The position numbers were made by a program, and so were the translations under genes. A DNA stretch of 60,664 nucleotides from Chloroflexota bacterium. Its GTDB lineage: Bacteria; Chloroflexota; Dehalococcoidia; Lucifugimonadales; UBA3495. The notes beneath the pieces were generated by a model. The model did no database searches. It saw only the letters and a list, made by a program, of their open reading frames with translations, and was not told the origin of the DNA. The stretch covers positions 1 to 60,664 of the forward strand of contig JAQBUV010000005.1 of assembly GCA_027623815.1 (NCBI GenBank). The letters are read 5' to 3'. Shown here piece by piece: positions 1 to 11,244 of this stretch (position 1 is the first letter of the stretch; each line of letters starts with the position of its first letter).

Positions 1-86
1 TATTTCCCTCATTCTAGGAGCGGGACTCTATCTTAACCACCTGTCCGATTTTTGGGGTCCACCTCAAATACCACCTTTCTGTTGTA

Positions 87-3000
87 TCACGAAACCCGGT
101 AAATTTTCATGCCGTCCCCATCGAAAACGAGAATCGCCAATCCATTGCCAACCATTTCCTCAAATTTGTGCAACCCTTGGTCTGCGTAATAAGCCCGTTC
201 CAAATCACCCACCACGATGTACTCTACGTCGTACAAATCCAGGAGTTGCTTGGTTCGTAACAAGTCGGTGCCGTTGTACATCTCGGTTACATCTCGCGTC
301 CGCTGGCCAATCGTGCCCGCATAAGCGTTTCTTTGTTGAATCTGGTGCCAGGGCCAGCCAATCACCGTGGGCAAGCCGGTATAGTTGGCGATACGGGCGC
401 TCCAGTGATACTGCTGGTTATGGGCCTCCAGCACCACCGGCGACCCGGTTACATTGTCTTGCAGCCACTGGATCCCCTCCAGGTCTTTCCTCAACGACAG
501 CAACTGCCCCTCTTCGACATGCACCGCTGTTTTCATGTATGCCGTGCCGTCCAGGGTGAATGGCCCCCCATTAAACCGGTCGGCGAACCGATCGGCGATT
601 CGAGCCTTGGTGCCCAGCCCGGTGTAAATCAAGCTGGAGGCGAATAGCGCCAGTAACATCACCGCCCAAATCGTCTTTCCCCAGCCCAAACGCCAGCGGA
701 ACCAGCCCTGAAAACCCAGATACCACAGCATGAAGGCCGCCGCGATACTGAACAAGACCCAGGCTTCCAGGTAGAGTTTGAACAGGGTGTTCATTCGCCC
801 AATGTCACCGTTCAGTCGCACAAAATCCACGCCGAATCCAATGGCTAGGGCCATCCCTAACAGCAACAGCGGAACCGCTCGGTACAGTCGGTCTGGTTCG
901 GCGGAGGCCGCCACGTCCCATAGCGCCAGACCAGTCAACGCCAGCAGCACGGTCAAGCCAGCCGCCGTCCAGAAGCCTGCCGCCAGCAGGTAAATCAGAA
1001 CCGCCAATCCCAGAACCAGATAGAGTCCCTTCCAGAATCGGTCATGTCCTGGATTCCCGTCGGGCAATGCACTCCCATTTCCTGGGACTAACCCTCGGAA
1101 AACTCCGACCAGAGAGCGACGCGACTGATGAATCAAGAAAGTGCCACCGATAAACAAGAACAGCCCATGAATGGCGATGTAACGGTCGACGGGAGTCAGC
1201 CACTTGGAAGCCGCGGCTCCGGCGTCGAAGGTCTCGTAGGCTTGATGAAAGGGCAGGAAGGCCAGCACGCTGAGGGCAACGACCCCCAACGCCAATAATG
1301 TTAGCAGGGCAGCTTGCTGTAGCCAGGGCCGTTGCGTAGAAGAAACCGCCAGCGCCAGCAGAGCCAAGACCAAAACCAGATATGAAGGGTAGTCCCAGCT
1401 ATTGATGACCCACAATGCCCCCAGAGCAAAGCTCAATATACCGCTGGCGGCCAGAGCCCACAACCGACTCCCACTCCTCAGGCCCACCACTAGGTTGAGA
1501 CCCAGCCCAATCACCAGCAAGGTAAAGGGAATCACCATCATGTGGGCGTGCAGATCGGCAAAGAGAAAGGTGAAAAATGGAAACTCGGTGATATGGAAAG
1601 AAACATCGGCAAACCCGGCGGCTTCGTCCGGTACCCAAAATGCCAGCGGAGAAGGGTCAACATCCTCCAGCGGCGGAATCATCCGGCTGCTGCGCCAGAA
1701 ATCGAAGGGCGGAAAACCACCCGCGCCACCAAACAATCGAAGCCATAGTCCGTGAGTTAATTGGATCACACCGTCCAGGTTGCCGATCACAGCAATGAAC
1801 AGGCCAGACAGCAAGCCCGCGCTAACCGGACTCCAGAAGGCCCGTTCAATCCGACTCTGCTTCGCCCTCCGGTTAGCCTGGTTGCATGATCGTCTAACGC
1901 CTTCAGCCAAGTTATAAACTATGGAATATGCGCCAGTGAAGGTTAGCGCGAAGAATAATGGCACGGCCAGGTTGAAAGCAGTGGTAGGAATCATACCGGT
2001 CAGGCGAATGGGCAAGGCCAGCAGGTAATAGCCCCAATAATAGTAGTTCAGATAACCCCCAGCGTACCAGGGATCGTAGGGCGGAAAGGTGGTGGAGCGC
2101 ACCACGGCGTTCAGGTAGGCCAGCTCCATCGGCTTCTCCCCACCTCGAAAGGGGTGCCACAGGTCCGGGTTGGCGGCGCGCACCAGGACAAAGGCCAGAA
2201 AAGCGATCAGGAACAGGCATTCTGCGACAACCAGCAGCCGCCAGTTCTCCAGGAAGAAAGTCTTGACTTCTCGCCAGCGGGTAGCCAACACCGCACCGGA
2301 CAGCGACGCGACGACCAGTAGTCCCAGCAGAATAGCCATCCTGGAAAAGTCGAGCCACCCCAAACTCACCAGCAGCCAGGTGATGTATCCGACCACCAGC
2401 AGCCCCAGTACGCGGGCCAGGACAATGCCCCGATCCGGCAATGGGCGGAAGATAAAAACCGACAGCGGCAATGCTAGCAAATAGATCAACTCGATGGCTA
2501 GGAGCCAGGCCAGCACCGGATAGCGATTGGTCCAGCTATCCCGATCAAACAATTCCGACCAGGTACCGCCGCTACGCTGTTTCGCTAGGTCTTCTTCAGA
2601 CAGCATCAAGCCTACTGCATCACTCGATTGTTGAGAAGTTCGCCCTCTAACTAGCTGTTCCAACAGGACTGATTCCGTCTGGCGTTCCACATTGCGAAAC
2701 AGCAGCACCTGCGGATGGTCATAGCCCACGACGTTATCATCGGCATAGCCCAGTCTTAGCCTGATGGGAGATGATTCTGTTGGTACCGAAGGGACAGGTT
2801 CTAAAACATCGGCATGGCCGTAAGGCGAATCTTGAAACGATACACCCCATAGCTCCGGGTACGATGTGAAGCTGCGCTCCAATTGATAGCCCAAATCCCC
2901 ACCAAAAAGCTGCTGGTAGTAGCCTGAACTGAATGGGAAGCGGTCCGGGTCTCTGGCAACGCTGACGTAGGGCCGGTAGCTGTAGAACACCACGTATTCC

Positions 3001-4589
3001 GCTTCGGACAAATGGCTGGCCAGGGCGCTCATCTTTTCAGCGGTATCCGGTTCATAGGCGGGAAACTGCCAGAGATCGTAGCGGTAGAGTTCTGGAATGA
3101 ACTCATCCCAATGGTTGTCGCTGACAATCTTCGCACTCGCCGGGACATTCTGCCGAATCCATTGTGACGCCGCCACTGCCGGGTGATCCTGGGCATAGAC
3201 TTTCTGGAATGCCAGCGAATAAAGGCCGGTAGCTATGACTACCAGGACCACCAGCCCTACCGCCAACTTGGGCGATCCCCGAAGCACGCTGGCCTTCATT
3301 TTATCCAACGCCAAATGGCCGGAATCAATCGCCGGCCTATACCTGACCGACGCGGCGCGGCTATAGTCCACCAGCCAGAGCAGCAGGCGCGCGCCCATCA
3401 GAATCATGAAGGGCATCAGGGGAAAGACATAGCGCAGGAAGTGGACTTCAAATGTTTCCAGGAAGATGAACTGGGGCACGACCCAGGCCAGCAGCAGCAA
3501 ATCGGCATGCCGGGTCGCCCGCACTTTGAGGGCCATCACCACAGTGAACGGGATGCTGAGCCAGGCCACCACCCCCAGCGGGATTCCCAACCCCCACACT
3601 GTGGTCTGCTGTATCTGGTACAGAAAAGCCGGTGTATCGACGTACTGTATGGTGAAGGGCCACAGTCCGGCGTGACGGGCCATATTCGCCTGCGCCGTCA
3701 GGTCACCGATAAAGGCGGTGAAGTCCAACAAAGCATAGGGCGTGAGCAGGAAGAACACCGCCAGCGCGCTCAGTCCGGCCAGCCCGGCGTGAACCAGCAT
3801 CCTCCGGACAATACCCAGGTTTATCCCCGACCAGCGACCGACTGCCGAGTTCAGCGCCCAATAGCCGTAGGCCAAGGCCAGGGGCAGCACCAGCGGTAGA
3901 ACACTCACTTTTGGAGCAATTGCCAGTCCCACCAAAGCGCCCAGCAGCAGCGAGTCTTGCCATCGGCGGTGTTCGACCATCCGCAGCATGGCCCAGAAGC
4001 TAACCAGGATAAAAAACACCGAGAAGGTCTCCGGCCGGTAAAAGTGGCTGTTCTGGACGTGGACTACCGCCAGAGCGGTCAGGGCGGCGGCCAGCAGCCC
4101 AACATTGCGGCTGAACATCCGCTTCCCTAGTACATAGACCATGAGCACAGTGCCGAGGTCGGCCAGGGCAGAAAGAACCCGACCAGCGTAGCGCATATCC
4201 AAATCGCCGATGTCGACGAACAATTCGATGATTGAGCGCAGCAATACCAGAACGTAGATCAGGCTGCTGCCCAGGGGAAACCAGTGAGGGTTTAGCGGAC
4301 TTCGCTCAGCGTCAAGGAACACGCTAAGGCTGGGGAAGCCCGGTTCGATTTCCGGATGGTCCTGGGTGCAGTTTCGAAAGCCCGGCGACTCGGTGAGCAC
4401 ATCGTACATGCAACCGGCCCGCATATAAATGGAGCGTTCATCCGGGTGGAAGCCGTATCCCGAGTCCCAGTTGATGCCGTGCAAGCGCAGGCCGAGGCCC
4501 ACCGCCAGGATCAGCGCCAGCAAAATCAGCGCAACCGACGGGCCACGGCGGAAGTTGGCAGGCCACCAGTGAGTTAAGGATTCAGGCAT
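87..4589 (-). CDS. Large polytopic membrane protein: N-terminal GT-C/PMT-like glycosyltransferase domain fused to a DUF2298 (Chlor_Arch_YYY) domain
   Basis: 1500 aa ORF with many TM segments. HPDE motif after the first TM helix (GT-C-like). GGEKPMELAYLNA...PPYDPWYAGGYLNYYYWG and TEFPFFTFLFADLHAH motifs are typical of DUF2298. Confidence 0.8.
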   Translation of the reverse strand: MPESLTHWWPANFRRGPSVALILLALILAVGLGLRLHGINWDSGYGFHPDERSIYMRAGCMYDVLTESPGFRNCTQDHPEIEPGFPSLSVFLDAERSPLNPHWFPLGSSLIYVLVLLRSIIELFVDIGDLDMRYAGRVLSALADLGTVLMVYVLGKRMFSRNVGLLAAALTALAVVHVQNSHFYRPETFSVFFILVSFWAMLRMVEHRRWQDSLLLGALVGLAIAPKVSVLPLVLPLALAYGYWALNSAVGRWSGINLGIVRRMLVHAGLAGLSALAVFFLLTPYALLDFTAFIGDLTAQANMARHAGLWPFTIQYVDTPAFLYQIQQTTVWGLGIPLGVVAWLSIPFTVVMALKVRATRHADLLLLAWVVPQFIFLETFEVHFLRYVFPLMPFMILMGARLLLWLVDYSRAASVRYRPAIDSGHLALDKMKASVLRGSPKLAVGLVVLVVIATGLYSLAFQKVYAQDHPAVAASQWIRQNVPASAKIVSDNHWDEFIPELYRYDLWQFPAYEPDTAEKMSALASHLSEAEYVVFYSYRPYVSVARDPDRFPFSSGYYQQLFGGDLGYQLERSFTSYPELWGVSFQDSPYGHADVLEPVPSVPTESSPIRLRLGYADDNVVGYDHPQVLLFRNVERQTESVLLEQLVRGRTSQQSSDAVGLMLSEEDLAKQRSGGTWSELFDRDSWTNRYPVLAWLLAIELIYLLALPLSVFIFRPLPDRGIVLARVLGLLVVGYITWLLVSLGWLDFSRMAILLGLLVVASLSGAVLATRWREVKTFFLENWRLLVVAECLFLIAFLAFVLVRAANPDLWHPFRGGEKPMELAYLNAVVRSTTFPPYDPWYAGGYLNYYYWGYYLLALPIRLTGMIPTTAFNLAVPLFFALTFTGAYSIVYNLAEGVRRSCNQANRRAKQSRIERAFWSPVSAGLLSGLFIAVIGNLDGVIQLTHGLWLRLFGGAGGFPPFDFWRSSRMIPPLEDVDPSPLAFWVPDEAAGFADVSFHITEFPFFTFLFADLHAHMMVIPFTLLVIGLGLNLVVGLRSGSRLWALAASGILSFALGALWVINSWDYPSYLVLVLALLALAVSSTQRPWLQQAALLTLLALGVVALSVLAFLPFHQAYETFDAGAAASKWLTPVDRYIAIHGLFLFIGGTFLIHQSRRSLVGVFRGLVPGNGSALPDGNPGHDRFWKGLYLVLGLAVLIYLLAAGFWTAAGLTVLLALTGLALWDVAASAEPDRLYRAVPLLLLGMALAIGFGVDFVRLNGDIGRMNTLFKLYLEAWVLFSIAAAFMLWYLGFQGWFRWRLGWGKTIWAVMLLALFASSLIYTGLGTKARIADRFADRFNGGPFTLDGTAYMKTAVHVEEGQLLSLRKDLEGIQWLQDNVTGSPVVLEAHNQQYHWSARIANYTGLPTVIGWPWHQIQQRNAYAGTIGQRTRDVTEMYNGTDLLRTKQLLDLYDVEYIVVGDLERAYYADQGLHKFEEMVGNGLAILVFDGDGMKIYRVS

Positions 4590-4624
4590 ACCCTATATTA
4601 GTCCGATGGATGGGAGACAGACCG

Positions 4625-4667
4625 CGAGGGGGGAAGTCCTTGGATCAAAGGTGGACTTCCCCCCTCG
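4625..4667. terminator. Perfect 15-bp hairpin downstream of gap (possible terminator or stabilising stem)
   Basis: CGAGGGGGGAAGTCC (4625-4639) / GGACTTCCCCCCTCG (4653-4667); no U-tract. Confidence 0.5.
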
Positions 4668-4694
4668 TCATGTACCTACGGCACGCAGCGGCGA

Positions 4695-5711
4695 TTAGAT
4701 TCCCTTATCGGCGATAAAGGAGCACAAATCCACGGTGCGGCAGGAGTAACCCCACTCGTTGTCGTACCAGCCCAAAATCTTGACCATCCGGCCTTGCATG
4801 ACCATCGTGGACAGGGCATCGAAGACGCAACTGTGGGGATTGCCCCGAACGTCGGAACTGACGATGGGGTCTTCGGTGTATTCCAGAATTCCCTTCAGAC
4901 CGCCGGCCGCCGCGTCTTTAAAGGCCTGGTTAACCTCTTCAACGGTAGCATTCCGGCTGACATCGGCCACGAAGTCAGTGCAGGAACCGGTAGATGTGGG
5001 CACACGGAAAGCCATACCGTGCAGCTTGCCGTTCAACTCCGGCAGCACCAGACCCACCGCGCGAGCCGCTCCAGTGCTAGTGGGGATGATGTTCTGGGCA
5101 GCGGCCCGGGCCCGGCGCAGGTCTGAGTGACGCTGATCCAGAATTGCCTGGTCGTTCGTGTAGGAGTGGATCGTGGACATCAGCCCCTTTTCAATCCCGA
5201 AAGCCTCGTGCAGCACTTTGACCATCGGCGCAAAGCAGTTGGTAGTGCAGGATGCGTTAGACACGATGTTATGTTGCTTGGGGTCGTAGCTGTCATCATT
5301 GACTCCCAGCACCATGGTCAGGTCTACGTTGCTGGCCGGAGCGGATATGATTACCTTGCTGGCGCCGCCCTTAATGTGTCCGGCAGCCTGAGCGCCGTCA
5401 GTAAAAATGCCGGTTGACTCTACCACTATGTCTACGCCCATTTCCGACCAGGGTATCTGTCCCGGATCGCGCTCGGAGAATACCTTGACGCTGCTCCCGT
5501 CAATTACCAGGTCTCCATTGTTGGCCTCGACTTGGCCCTGAAACACGCCAAAGTTGGTGTCATACTTAAATAAGTGAGCGTTGGTCTTGGCATCGGTCAG
5601 GTCATTGACCGCCACCACTTCCAGTTTGCCCGGGTGGCGAGCCAGGGTAGCCCGGGTTACCAGACGACCAATCCTGCCGAATCCGTTAATTCCTACTCGG
5701 GTTACCATCAT
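4695..5711 (-). CDS. gap: Type I glyceraldehyde-3-phosphate dehydrogenase
   Basis: [10 protein letters not shown], catalytic [18 protein letters not shown]. Confidence 0.98.
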   Translation of the reverse strand: MMVTRVGINGFGRIGRLVTRATLARHPGKLEVVAVNDLTDAKTNAHLFKYDTNFGVFQGQVEANNGDLVIDGSSVKVFSERDPGQIPWSEMGVDIVVESTGIFTDGAQAAGHIKGGASKVIISAPASNVDLTMVLGVNDDSYDPKQHNIVSNASCTTNCFAPMVKVLHEAFGIEKGLMSTIHSYTNDQAILDQRHSDLRRARAAAQNIIPTSTGAARAVGLVLPELNGKLHGMAFRVPTSTGSCTDFVADVSRNATVEEVNQAFKDAAAGGLKGILEYTEDPIVSSDVRGNPHSCVFDALSTMVMQGRMVKILGWYDNEWGYSCRTVDLCSFIADKGI

Positions 5712-5855
5712 TCACCTCGCAATTCATCTGTCATCGACTGGGGGATATGGGTCTTATATCTGCGAGACTGGTCAAGCCTGTTGGCATAACCAGTCCGATT
5801 TAACAATTTGGCGAAGAGTACCAGGGCATCCACAACGGGACGACTGGGGAGTGTC

Positions 5856-6218
5856 CTATCGCCCTTGCTCATGTTCCTCATTTTTCAGGTCTTTACCAGC
5901 CGTCATGGTCAGCAACCGCCGCATACGCCACTGTCTGGGTGAGTAGGCCTGCAGGTACAGACGCCAGAATCCGTCGGCTTCAGGATTACGGTTTGCCAGG
6001 TTTTCCGGCGAGTCAGCACGCACCAGGTCTTTAAACTTGTCCGGGGAGCGTCCTGAGGAAGCAGGCGAGGCGATCAAGGCCAGCAAGCCAAAGACAAACT
6101 GGACACTTCGCACGATCAACCACAACGACAGCCGGAAAGCGCCCAGCACCAATCGCACCGTCAGGTAACGGGATATCCTCCAGGCCAGGGTATAGTTAGA
6201 ATATTTTGAGGTAATCAA
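5856..6218 (-). CDS. Hypothetical protein with a hydrophobic N-terminal segment
   Basis: 120 aa ORF filling the eno-gap gap on the same strand and overlapping the eno stop; no recognisable motif. Confidence 0.4.
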   Translation of the reverse strand: MITSKYSNYTLAWRISRYLTVRLVLGAFRLSLWLIVRSVQFVFGLLALIASPASSGRSPDKFKDLVRADSPENLANRNPEADGFWRLYLQAYSPRQWRMRRLLTMTAGKDLKNEEHEQGR

Positions 6219-7518
6219 ACGCTTTCTTACCCGCGTACACAGCTTCGTTACCCAAGTCTGCTTCTATTCTAAGCAACCGGTTGTATTTTGCAACCCGCTC
6301 CGAACGGGCGGGCGCGCCAGTCTTGATCTGCCCCACGTTCCAGGCCACCGCCAGGTCGGCAATGGTCGTATCCTCGGTCTCGCCGGAACGGTGGCTCATC
6401 ACCGCTCCCCAACCGGCGTCCCGGGTCATCTGCAACGCGCTGTAGGTCTCCGACAAGGAGCCAATCTGATTGGGTTTGAGCAGCACTGCGTTACTGGCTT
6501 TCTGATCGATTCCTTGCTGAATCCGCGTGATGTTGGTGACAAACAGATCATCGCCCACCAACTGCACCGATTCACCCAAGCGACTGCATAGTTCCGACCA
6601 GCCTGCCCAATCGTCCTCGTCCAACCCGTCTTCGATGCTGATGATCGGGTAGTCCCGACACCATTCGGCGTACAGATCGACCAGTTCCTTGGAAGTTAGG
6701 GTGGTTCCGTCTCTCTCCAAAATGTACTTGCCTTCTGACTTGCTGTAGAGTTCAGAAGCGGCAACATCCATCGCCAGAAAGACACCCTCACCGGGGCGGT
6801 ATCCGGCGGTTTCCACCGCCTTGAGCACCGTCTCAATGGCGTCTTTATTCGATGGCAATGACGGCGCAAATCCGCCCTCATCGCCCACATTCAAGTTGTG
6901 CCCACCATCCCGCAGCAGTCCCTTGAGCGCTTGGTATATTTCAGCACCGGCGCGCAAGGCCTGGGAAAAGGTCTCTGCTCCCACCGGAATCACCATGAAC
7001 TCCTGGATATCAGCCGAGTTGGAAGCGTGCCGCCCGCCGTTCAGGATGTTGAACATGGGCACCGGCAAGCTGACCGCCCGGCCTTGCGCCAGATAACGCC
7101 ACAACTCTCCATCGGCGTCTTCGTGGGACAACGACGCGGCGCGCGCGACGGCCATCGAAACCGCCAATATCGCGTTGGCTCCCAGATTGCTTTTGTCTGG
7201 GGTGCCGTCCAACTTCAGTAGCTTGTGATCAATAGCAGCCTGGTCAAGGGGAGAGACGCCCGCTAATTCCGGGCTAATTACGTCATCAATGTTGGCGACG
7301 GCTTGCAGCACGCCATTGCCGCCAAAACGATGCGGGTCTTTGTCTCTAAGCTCCAAGGCCTCGTAGCTGCCGGTGCTGGCCCCAGAAGGGACCAGAGCAT
7401 GGGCACGGATACCGTTGGACAGGCGTACCTCGGCTTCAACGGTGGGATTACCTCGTGAGTCCAGGGCCTGTCTGCCTTTGATGCTGGCTATGGTGACGTT
7501 GGCCTTCAAAGTTGCCAC
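6196..7518 (-). CDS. eno: Enolase
   Basis: [58 protein letters not shown]. Confidence 0.98.
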   Translation of the reverse strand: MATLKANVTIASIKGRQALDSRGNPTVEAEVRLSNGIRAHALVPSGASTGSYEALELRDKDPHRFGGNGVLQAVANIDDVISPELAGVSPLDQAAIDHKLLKLDGTPDKSNLGANAILAVSMAVARAASLSHEDADGELWRYLAQGRAVSLPVPMFNILNGGRHASNSADIQEFMVIPVGAETFSQALRAGAEIYQALKGLLRDGGHNLNVGDEGGFAPSLPSNKDAIETVLKAVETAGYRPGEGVFLAMDVAASELYSKSEGKYILERDGTTLTSKELVDLYAEWCRDYPIISIEDGLDEDDWAGWSELCSRLGESVQLVGDDLFVTNITRIQQGIDQKASNAVLLKPNQIGSLSETYSALQMTRDAGWGAVMSHRSGETEDTTIADLAVAWNVGQIKTGAPARSERVAKYNRLLRIEADLGNEAVYAGKKAFDYLKIF

Positions 7519-8027
7519 TAGCCGCCAACCTTCGCGCCAGTGGAGTTACTGCGCGCGTTTGCGGCGGCCAATGCTTTCTCCACGGCATCTACTGGGTCTG
7601 TTGCCTGAATCATACCGTTCTCTATCGGGTCACCGTCGCCCTTGATGGTCAGAGGCCAAGTCTTGAGAGCGATCACTGGGACACCATCAGCGAGGGCGTA
7701 GGCAATCTCAGAGAGGGTGCCGAAGGCTCCACCAATAGCGATCACCGCGTCGCCGGTGTTCACCACAATCACGTTTCGAGAGAATCCCATAGTGGTTACT
7801 ATTGGAATGTCCACGTAACTGTTGGCTTCTTTTGAGGTGCGGCCAGGCAATATGCCAATGGTGGTGCCGCCCGCCGATTTAGCTCCTTTACAGACCGCCT
7901 CCATCACACCCTGGAGACCGCCGCAAGCGACCATTACACCGCGCTTGGCTAATTCACGGCCTACTGCTTCCGCCAGGGCCAACTGCTCCGGCTTGGCTTT
8001 ACTGCCTCCGATTACTGAGATAATCAT
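7518..8027 (-). CDS. TIGR00725/LOG-like Rossmann-fold protein
   Basis: GRELAKRG...[26 protein letters not shown] and RNV...[19 protein letters not shown]. Confidence 0.85.
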   Translation of the reverse strand: MIISVIGGSKAKPEQLALAEAVGRELAKRGVMVACGGLQGVMEAVCKGAKSAGGTTIGILPGRTSKEANSYVDIPIVTTMGFSRNVIVVNTGDAVIAIGGAFGTLSEIAYALADGVPVIALKTWPLTIKGDGDPIENGMIQATDPVDAVEKALAAANARSNSTGAKVGG

Positions 8028-8101
8028 GTATTTAAACTACCAGTCCAAGAGCAAATTGGGACATCAGCCAATGATTCGGTGGCCGTGCTTAATATAGATG
8101 G

Positions 8102-8133
8102 ATGTTTCTACCAGACTATGTTTCTACCAGACT
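8102..8133. repeat. Perfect 16-bp tandem duplication
   Basis: ATGTTTCTACCAGACT x2 (8102-8117, 8118-8133), intergenic. Confidence 0.9.
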
Positions 8134-8195
8134 AAATGAACAGGCTCGGTACTCACAATGACTAACCCCGACACCCAACTGATACCACCCGATAT

Positions 8196-9719
8196 TCACC
8201 CGCCCGGCAATATTGACCGGCTGGCCACATCAATGAAGTCCAGCAGCGGGGCCGGGTACACTCCGAACCAGAGCACGGCGACCAGCCCCAGCACCAATAC
8301 GCCGAGTATCAACACCGATGGCCGGGCCAGAGCCGCAACGTCCACTGCCGCCGGTTGATGGTCATGGCCGTCATGGCGGGTTTCGGAGGCGGCCAGGGCC
8401 GGTTGAATGTACATCTGCCGAATGACTTGCAGGTAGTAGTACAGCGAGATCAAACTGCTAAAAATTGCCACAATCGCCAGCCACAGGAACCCGGCATCGG
8501 CCACCGCGGTGAACAGGTAAAACTTGGCGGTAAACCCGGCGAATATGGGCAACCCGGCCAGGGAGAATAGTCCGATGGCAATGGACGCGGCCAAAAAAGG
8601 CTGACGGTCGGCCAGACCGGCGAAGTCAGCAATCTCTTCTTGTCCGGTCATATTGAAATAGGAGATCAGGGCGGCAAATACGACCATATTGGTCACCGAG
8701 TAAGCCACCAGATAGAATATCACGCCATTAGCGGCCAGAATTGAACCGGTGGAAAGTACAGCAACTCCCGCCAGTACAAAACCAACGTGGCCGATGCTGG
8801 AGTAGGCCAGGAGCCGCTTCATGTTGCTTTGGGCCAGGGCGACCAGGTTACCCACCACCATGGTGATCGCCGCCATCCCGGCCAGTATGATCTGCCACTG
8901 TTCCCAGCGAGCGGCGGCCGGAACCAGTCCTTCCGCTACCAGTCGGATCAACAGAGCGAAGGCGGCGGTCTTGGAGGCGATGGCCAAATAGGCGGTCACC
9001 GGCAATGGCGCACCTTCGTAGGTGTCGGGCGCCCACATGTGGAAGGGCACTGCCGACAGCTTGAACCCGAAGCCCACGATGATCAATCCCAGGCCGACCC
9101 ACAAGGCTGGGCTAACATCGGTAACGCTGGTCAGGGCGGCGCTGATGTCGAGAAACCGGGTTACCCCCAACGTGCTGTAGACCATGCTGATGCCGTACAG
9201 CAGAATCGCCGAGGAGAACGCTCCAACGATGATGTACTTGATGCTGGCCTCGTTGGACTTGGCGTTGCCCAATGCGTAGGCGACCAAAACGTACAGGCTG
9301 AAGCTAAGCAACTCCAGCGAGATGTAGGCGGTCAACAACTCTCGGGACTCAGCCATCAGGTTCATGCCCAGGATGGAGAACAGCAGCAGGCCGTAGAACT
9401 CCCCCGCGTGGTTCAGGTGCTGCTTCACAAACTCAATAGAACTGAGAATGATGAAGATACCCATGACGAAGAAGACAATCTTGAAAAACAAAGAGTATGC
9501 ATCAATCGCCAGCAAGCCGCCGTATAAACTCTCGGTCTCACCGGAGAGCATCAGCACCGATAAGACAATCAGGCCCATCAGGCCCAACACTGAAACATAG
9601 CCCAGCAGGTCTTTCCGGCTTTGAGGCAGGAACAGGTCAATGATAAACACCAGCAACGCCAAACCAGCCAGAGCAAACTCCGGCGTCAGCAGATGAATAT
9701 TTTCCGTCAGTCCAGTCAC
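8196..9719 (-). CDS. nuoN: NADH-quinone oxidoreductase subunit N
   Basis: FKLSAVPFHMWAPDTYEGAP, KRLLAYSSIGH; last gene of the nuo operon. Confidence 0.95.
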   Translation of the reverse strand: MTGLTENIHLLTPEFALAGLALLVFIIDLFLPQSRKDLLGYVSVLGLMGLIVLSVLMLSGETESLYGGLLAIDAYSLFFKIVFFVMGIFIILSSIEFVKQHLNHAGEFYGLLLFSILGMNLMAESRELLTAYISLELLSFSLYVLVAYALGNAKSNEASIKYIIVGAFSSAILLYGISMVYSTLGVTRFLDISAALTSVTDVSPALWVGLGLIIVGFGFKLSAVPFHMWAPDTYEGAPLPVTAYLAIASKTAAFALLIRLVAEGLVPAAARWEQWQIILAGMAAITMVVGNLVALAQSNMKRLLAYSSIGHVGFVLAGVAVLSTGSILAANGVIFYLVAYSVTNMVVFAALISYFNMTGQEEIADFAGLADRQPFLAASIAIGLFSLAGLPIFAGFTAKFYLFTAVADAGFLWLAIVAIFSSLISLYYYLQVIRQMYIQPALAASETRHDGHDHQPAAVDVAALARPSVLILGVLVLGLVAVLWFGVYPAPLLDFIDVASRSILPGG

Positions 9720-9725
9720 GATTTC

Positions 9726-11240
9726 CTAAAAAGCCTGCAGCACTGAGTCTACGCCGATGTTGATCACCCTCAGCAACGGCGCGGGCCAGACCCCAACGAA
9801 TACCAAAATCAACACAAATGCCGCCCCGACGGTTTTCTCGACCGGGCTGGCGTCGGTGATGTGTTCCCACATAGGGTCGGCCTCACCGAAGAAAGTACGA
9901 GCCAGCAACCGCAGAATGTAAACCGCCGTAATAGCCGCCCCGATCACCGCTAATATCGCCAGCGGCAGATAGGTGCGGAAAGCCCCCACAAATACCATGA
10001 ACTCGGCGATGAAGCCGCTCAGCCCGGGCAGACCCAAAGACGCCAACCCGGCAATGGCAAAGAAGAAGCTGGTGACGCCCATGCGCTTCATCAAGCCGTT
10101 GAGCACAGTTATGTCGCGGATGTGCGTCCGCTCGTAGATTGCGCCGACCATGGCGAACATCAGAGCGGTCATGATTCCGTGGGAGAACATCTGAAGCACG
10201 GCTCCCGCCAAACCCACCGGATGCAGGGTGGCAATGCCCATGATGACGTAACCCATGTGACTGACACTGGAATAGCCAATGATGTACTTCAGGTCTTTCT
10301 GGGAGATTGCCGATATAGCGCCGTAAATCACGTTGACAGTGCCCAAGACAATCAGAACCGGCATCCAGGTGGCCGCGCCTTCCGGCAGCAACACCATGCC
10401 AACTCTAATAATTCCGAAGGCACCCAGCTTCATCAGCACACCGGCGTGCAGCATGCTAACTCCGGTGGGAGCCGCCACGTGACCGTCGGGGGACCAGGTA
10501 TGGAAGGGCCACAGACCGGCCAAAGTTCCGAACCCAATCATAAACAGCGGGAACACCCAGTTCTGGAAGGTCTCGTCGAACATTCCAGCCTGAGCCATCT
10601 GTCCCAATTGGATGATGGAAAAAGTTGGCGCTCCCAGGCCAGACGACTTGGTATACAGGGCCAGGATACCGATCCAAATCAGCACGCTGCCACCGACCAG
10701 AAACAGCATCAATTTCATAGCGCCGTACTCTTTGGTGCGCAAGAAGGTGCCGAAGTCGGTGCTGCTGCCCCATACACCGATGAGCAGGTACATGGGCAGC
10801 ACGGCCAATTCGTAGAAGAAGAACAGGAAGAACAGGTCCAGCACCGCAAACACGCCGAACACGCCGGACCCTAGAGCCAGCAGCAAAACGAAAAAGTCGC
10901 GGGTGCGGTGCTTGATGGTCTGGGATATGAGCACCGCGCCGAACAGCACAATTCCGTTGAGCAGCACCAGAGGAGCGGCGATACCATCAATGCCCAGCGA
11001 CAAAGTTATGTTCAGCGGCTCGTCCAGCCACTGGAAGTCCCTGGTGAACTGGAACCCGCCCGCCGTATAGTCATACCGAGCGAATATCGCAATCGAAAGA
11101 ACCAGGGTGATGAACGAGACCAGAATGGCGAAGTACCAGGCATCCTTGGGCCGGTCTTTAGCAATAAACATGGAAATCAGCGCGCCCACTAGCGGCACGA
11201 CAATCACCATAAACAGTGCAGTTTGATCGAAAGCGTTCAT
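9726..11240 (-). CDS. nuoM: NADH-quinone oxidoreductase subunit M
   Basis: WPFHTWSPDGHVAAPT, YSSVSHMG, LGLPGLSGFIAEF; operon position. Confidence 0.95.
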   Translation of the reverse strand: MNAFDQTALFMVIVVPLVGALISMFIAKDRPKDAWYFAILVSFITLVLSIAIFARYDYTAGGFQFTRDFQWLDEPLNITLSLGIDGIAAPLVLLNGIVLFGAVLISQTIKHRTRDFFVLLLALGSGVFGVFAVLDLFFLFFFYELAVLPMYLLIGVWGSSTDFGTFLRTKEYGAMKLMLFLVGGSVLIWIGILALYTKSSGLGAPTFSIIQLGQMAQAGMFDETFQNWVFPLFMIGFGTLAGLWPFHTWSPDGHVAAPTGVSMLHAGVLMKLGAFGIIRVGMVLLPEGAATWMPVLIVLGTVNVIYGAISAISQKDLKYIIGYSSVSHMGYVIMGIATLHPVGLAGAVLQMFSHGIMTALMFAMVGAIYERTHIRDITVLNGLMKRMGVTSFFFAIAGLASLGLPGLSGFIAEFMVFVGAFRTYLPLAILAVIGAAITAVYILRLLARTFFGEADPMWEHITDASPVEKTVGAAFVLILVFVGVWPAPLLRVINIGVDSVLQAF

Positions 11241-11244
11241 TTAC

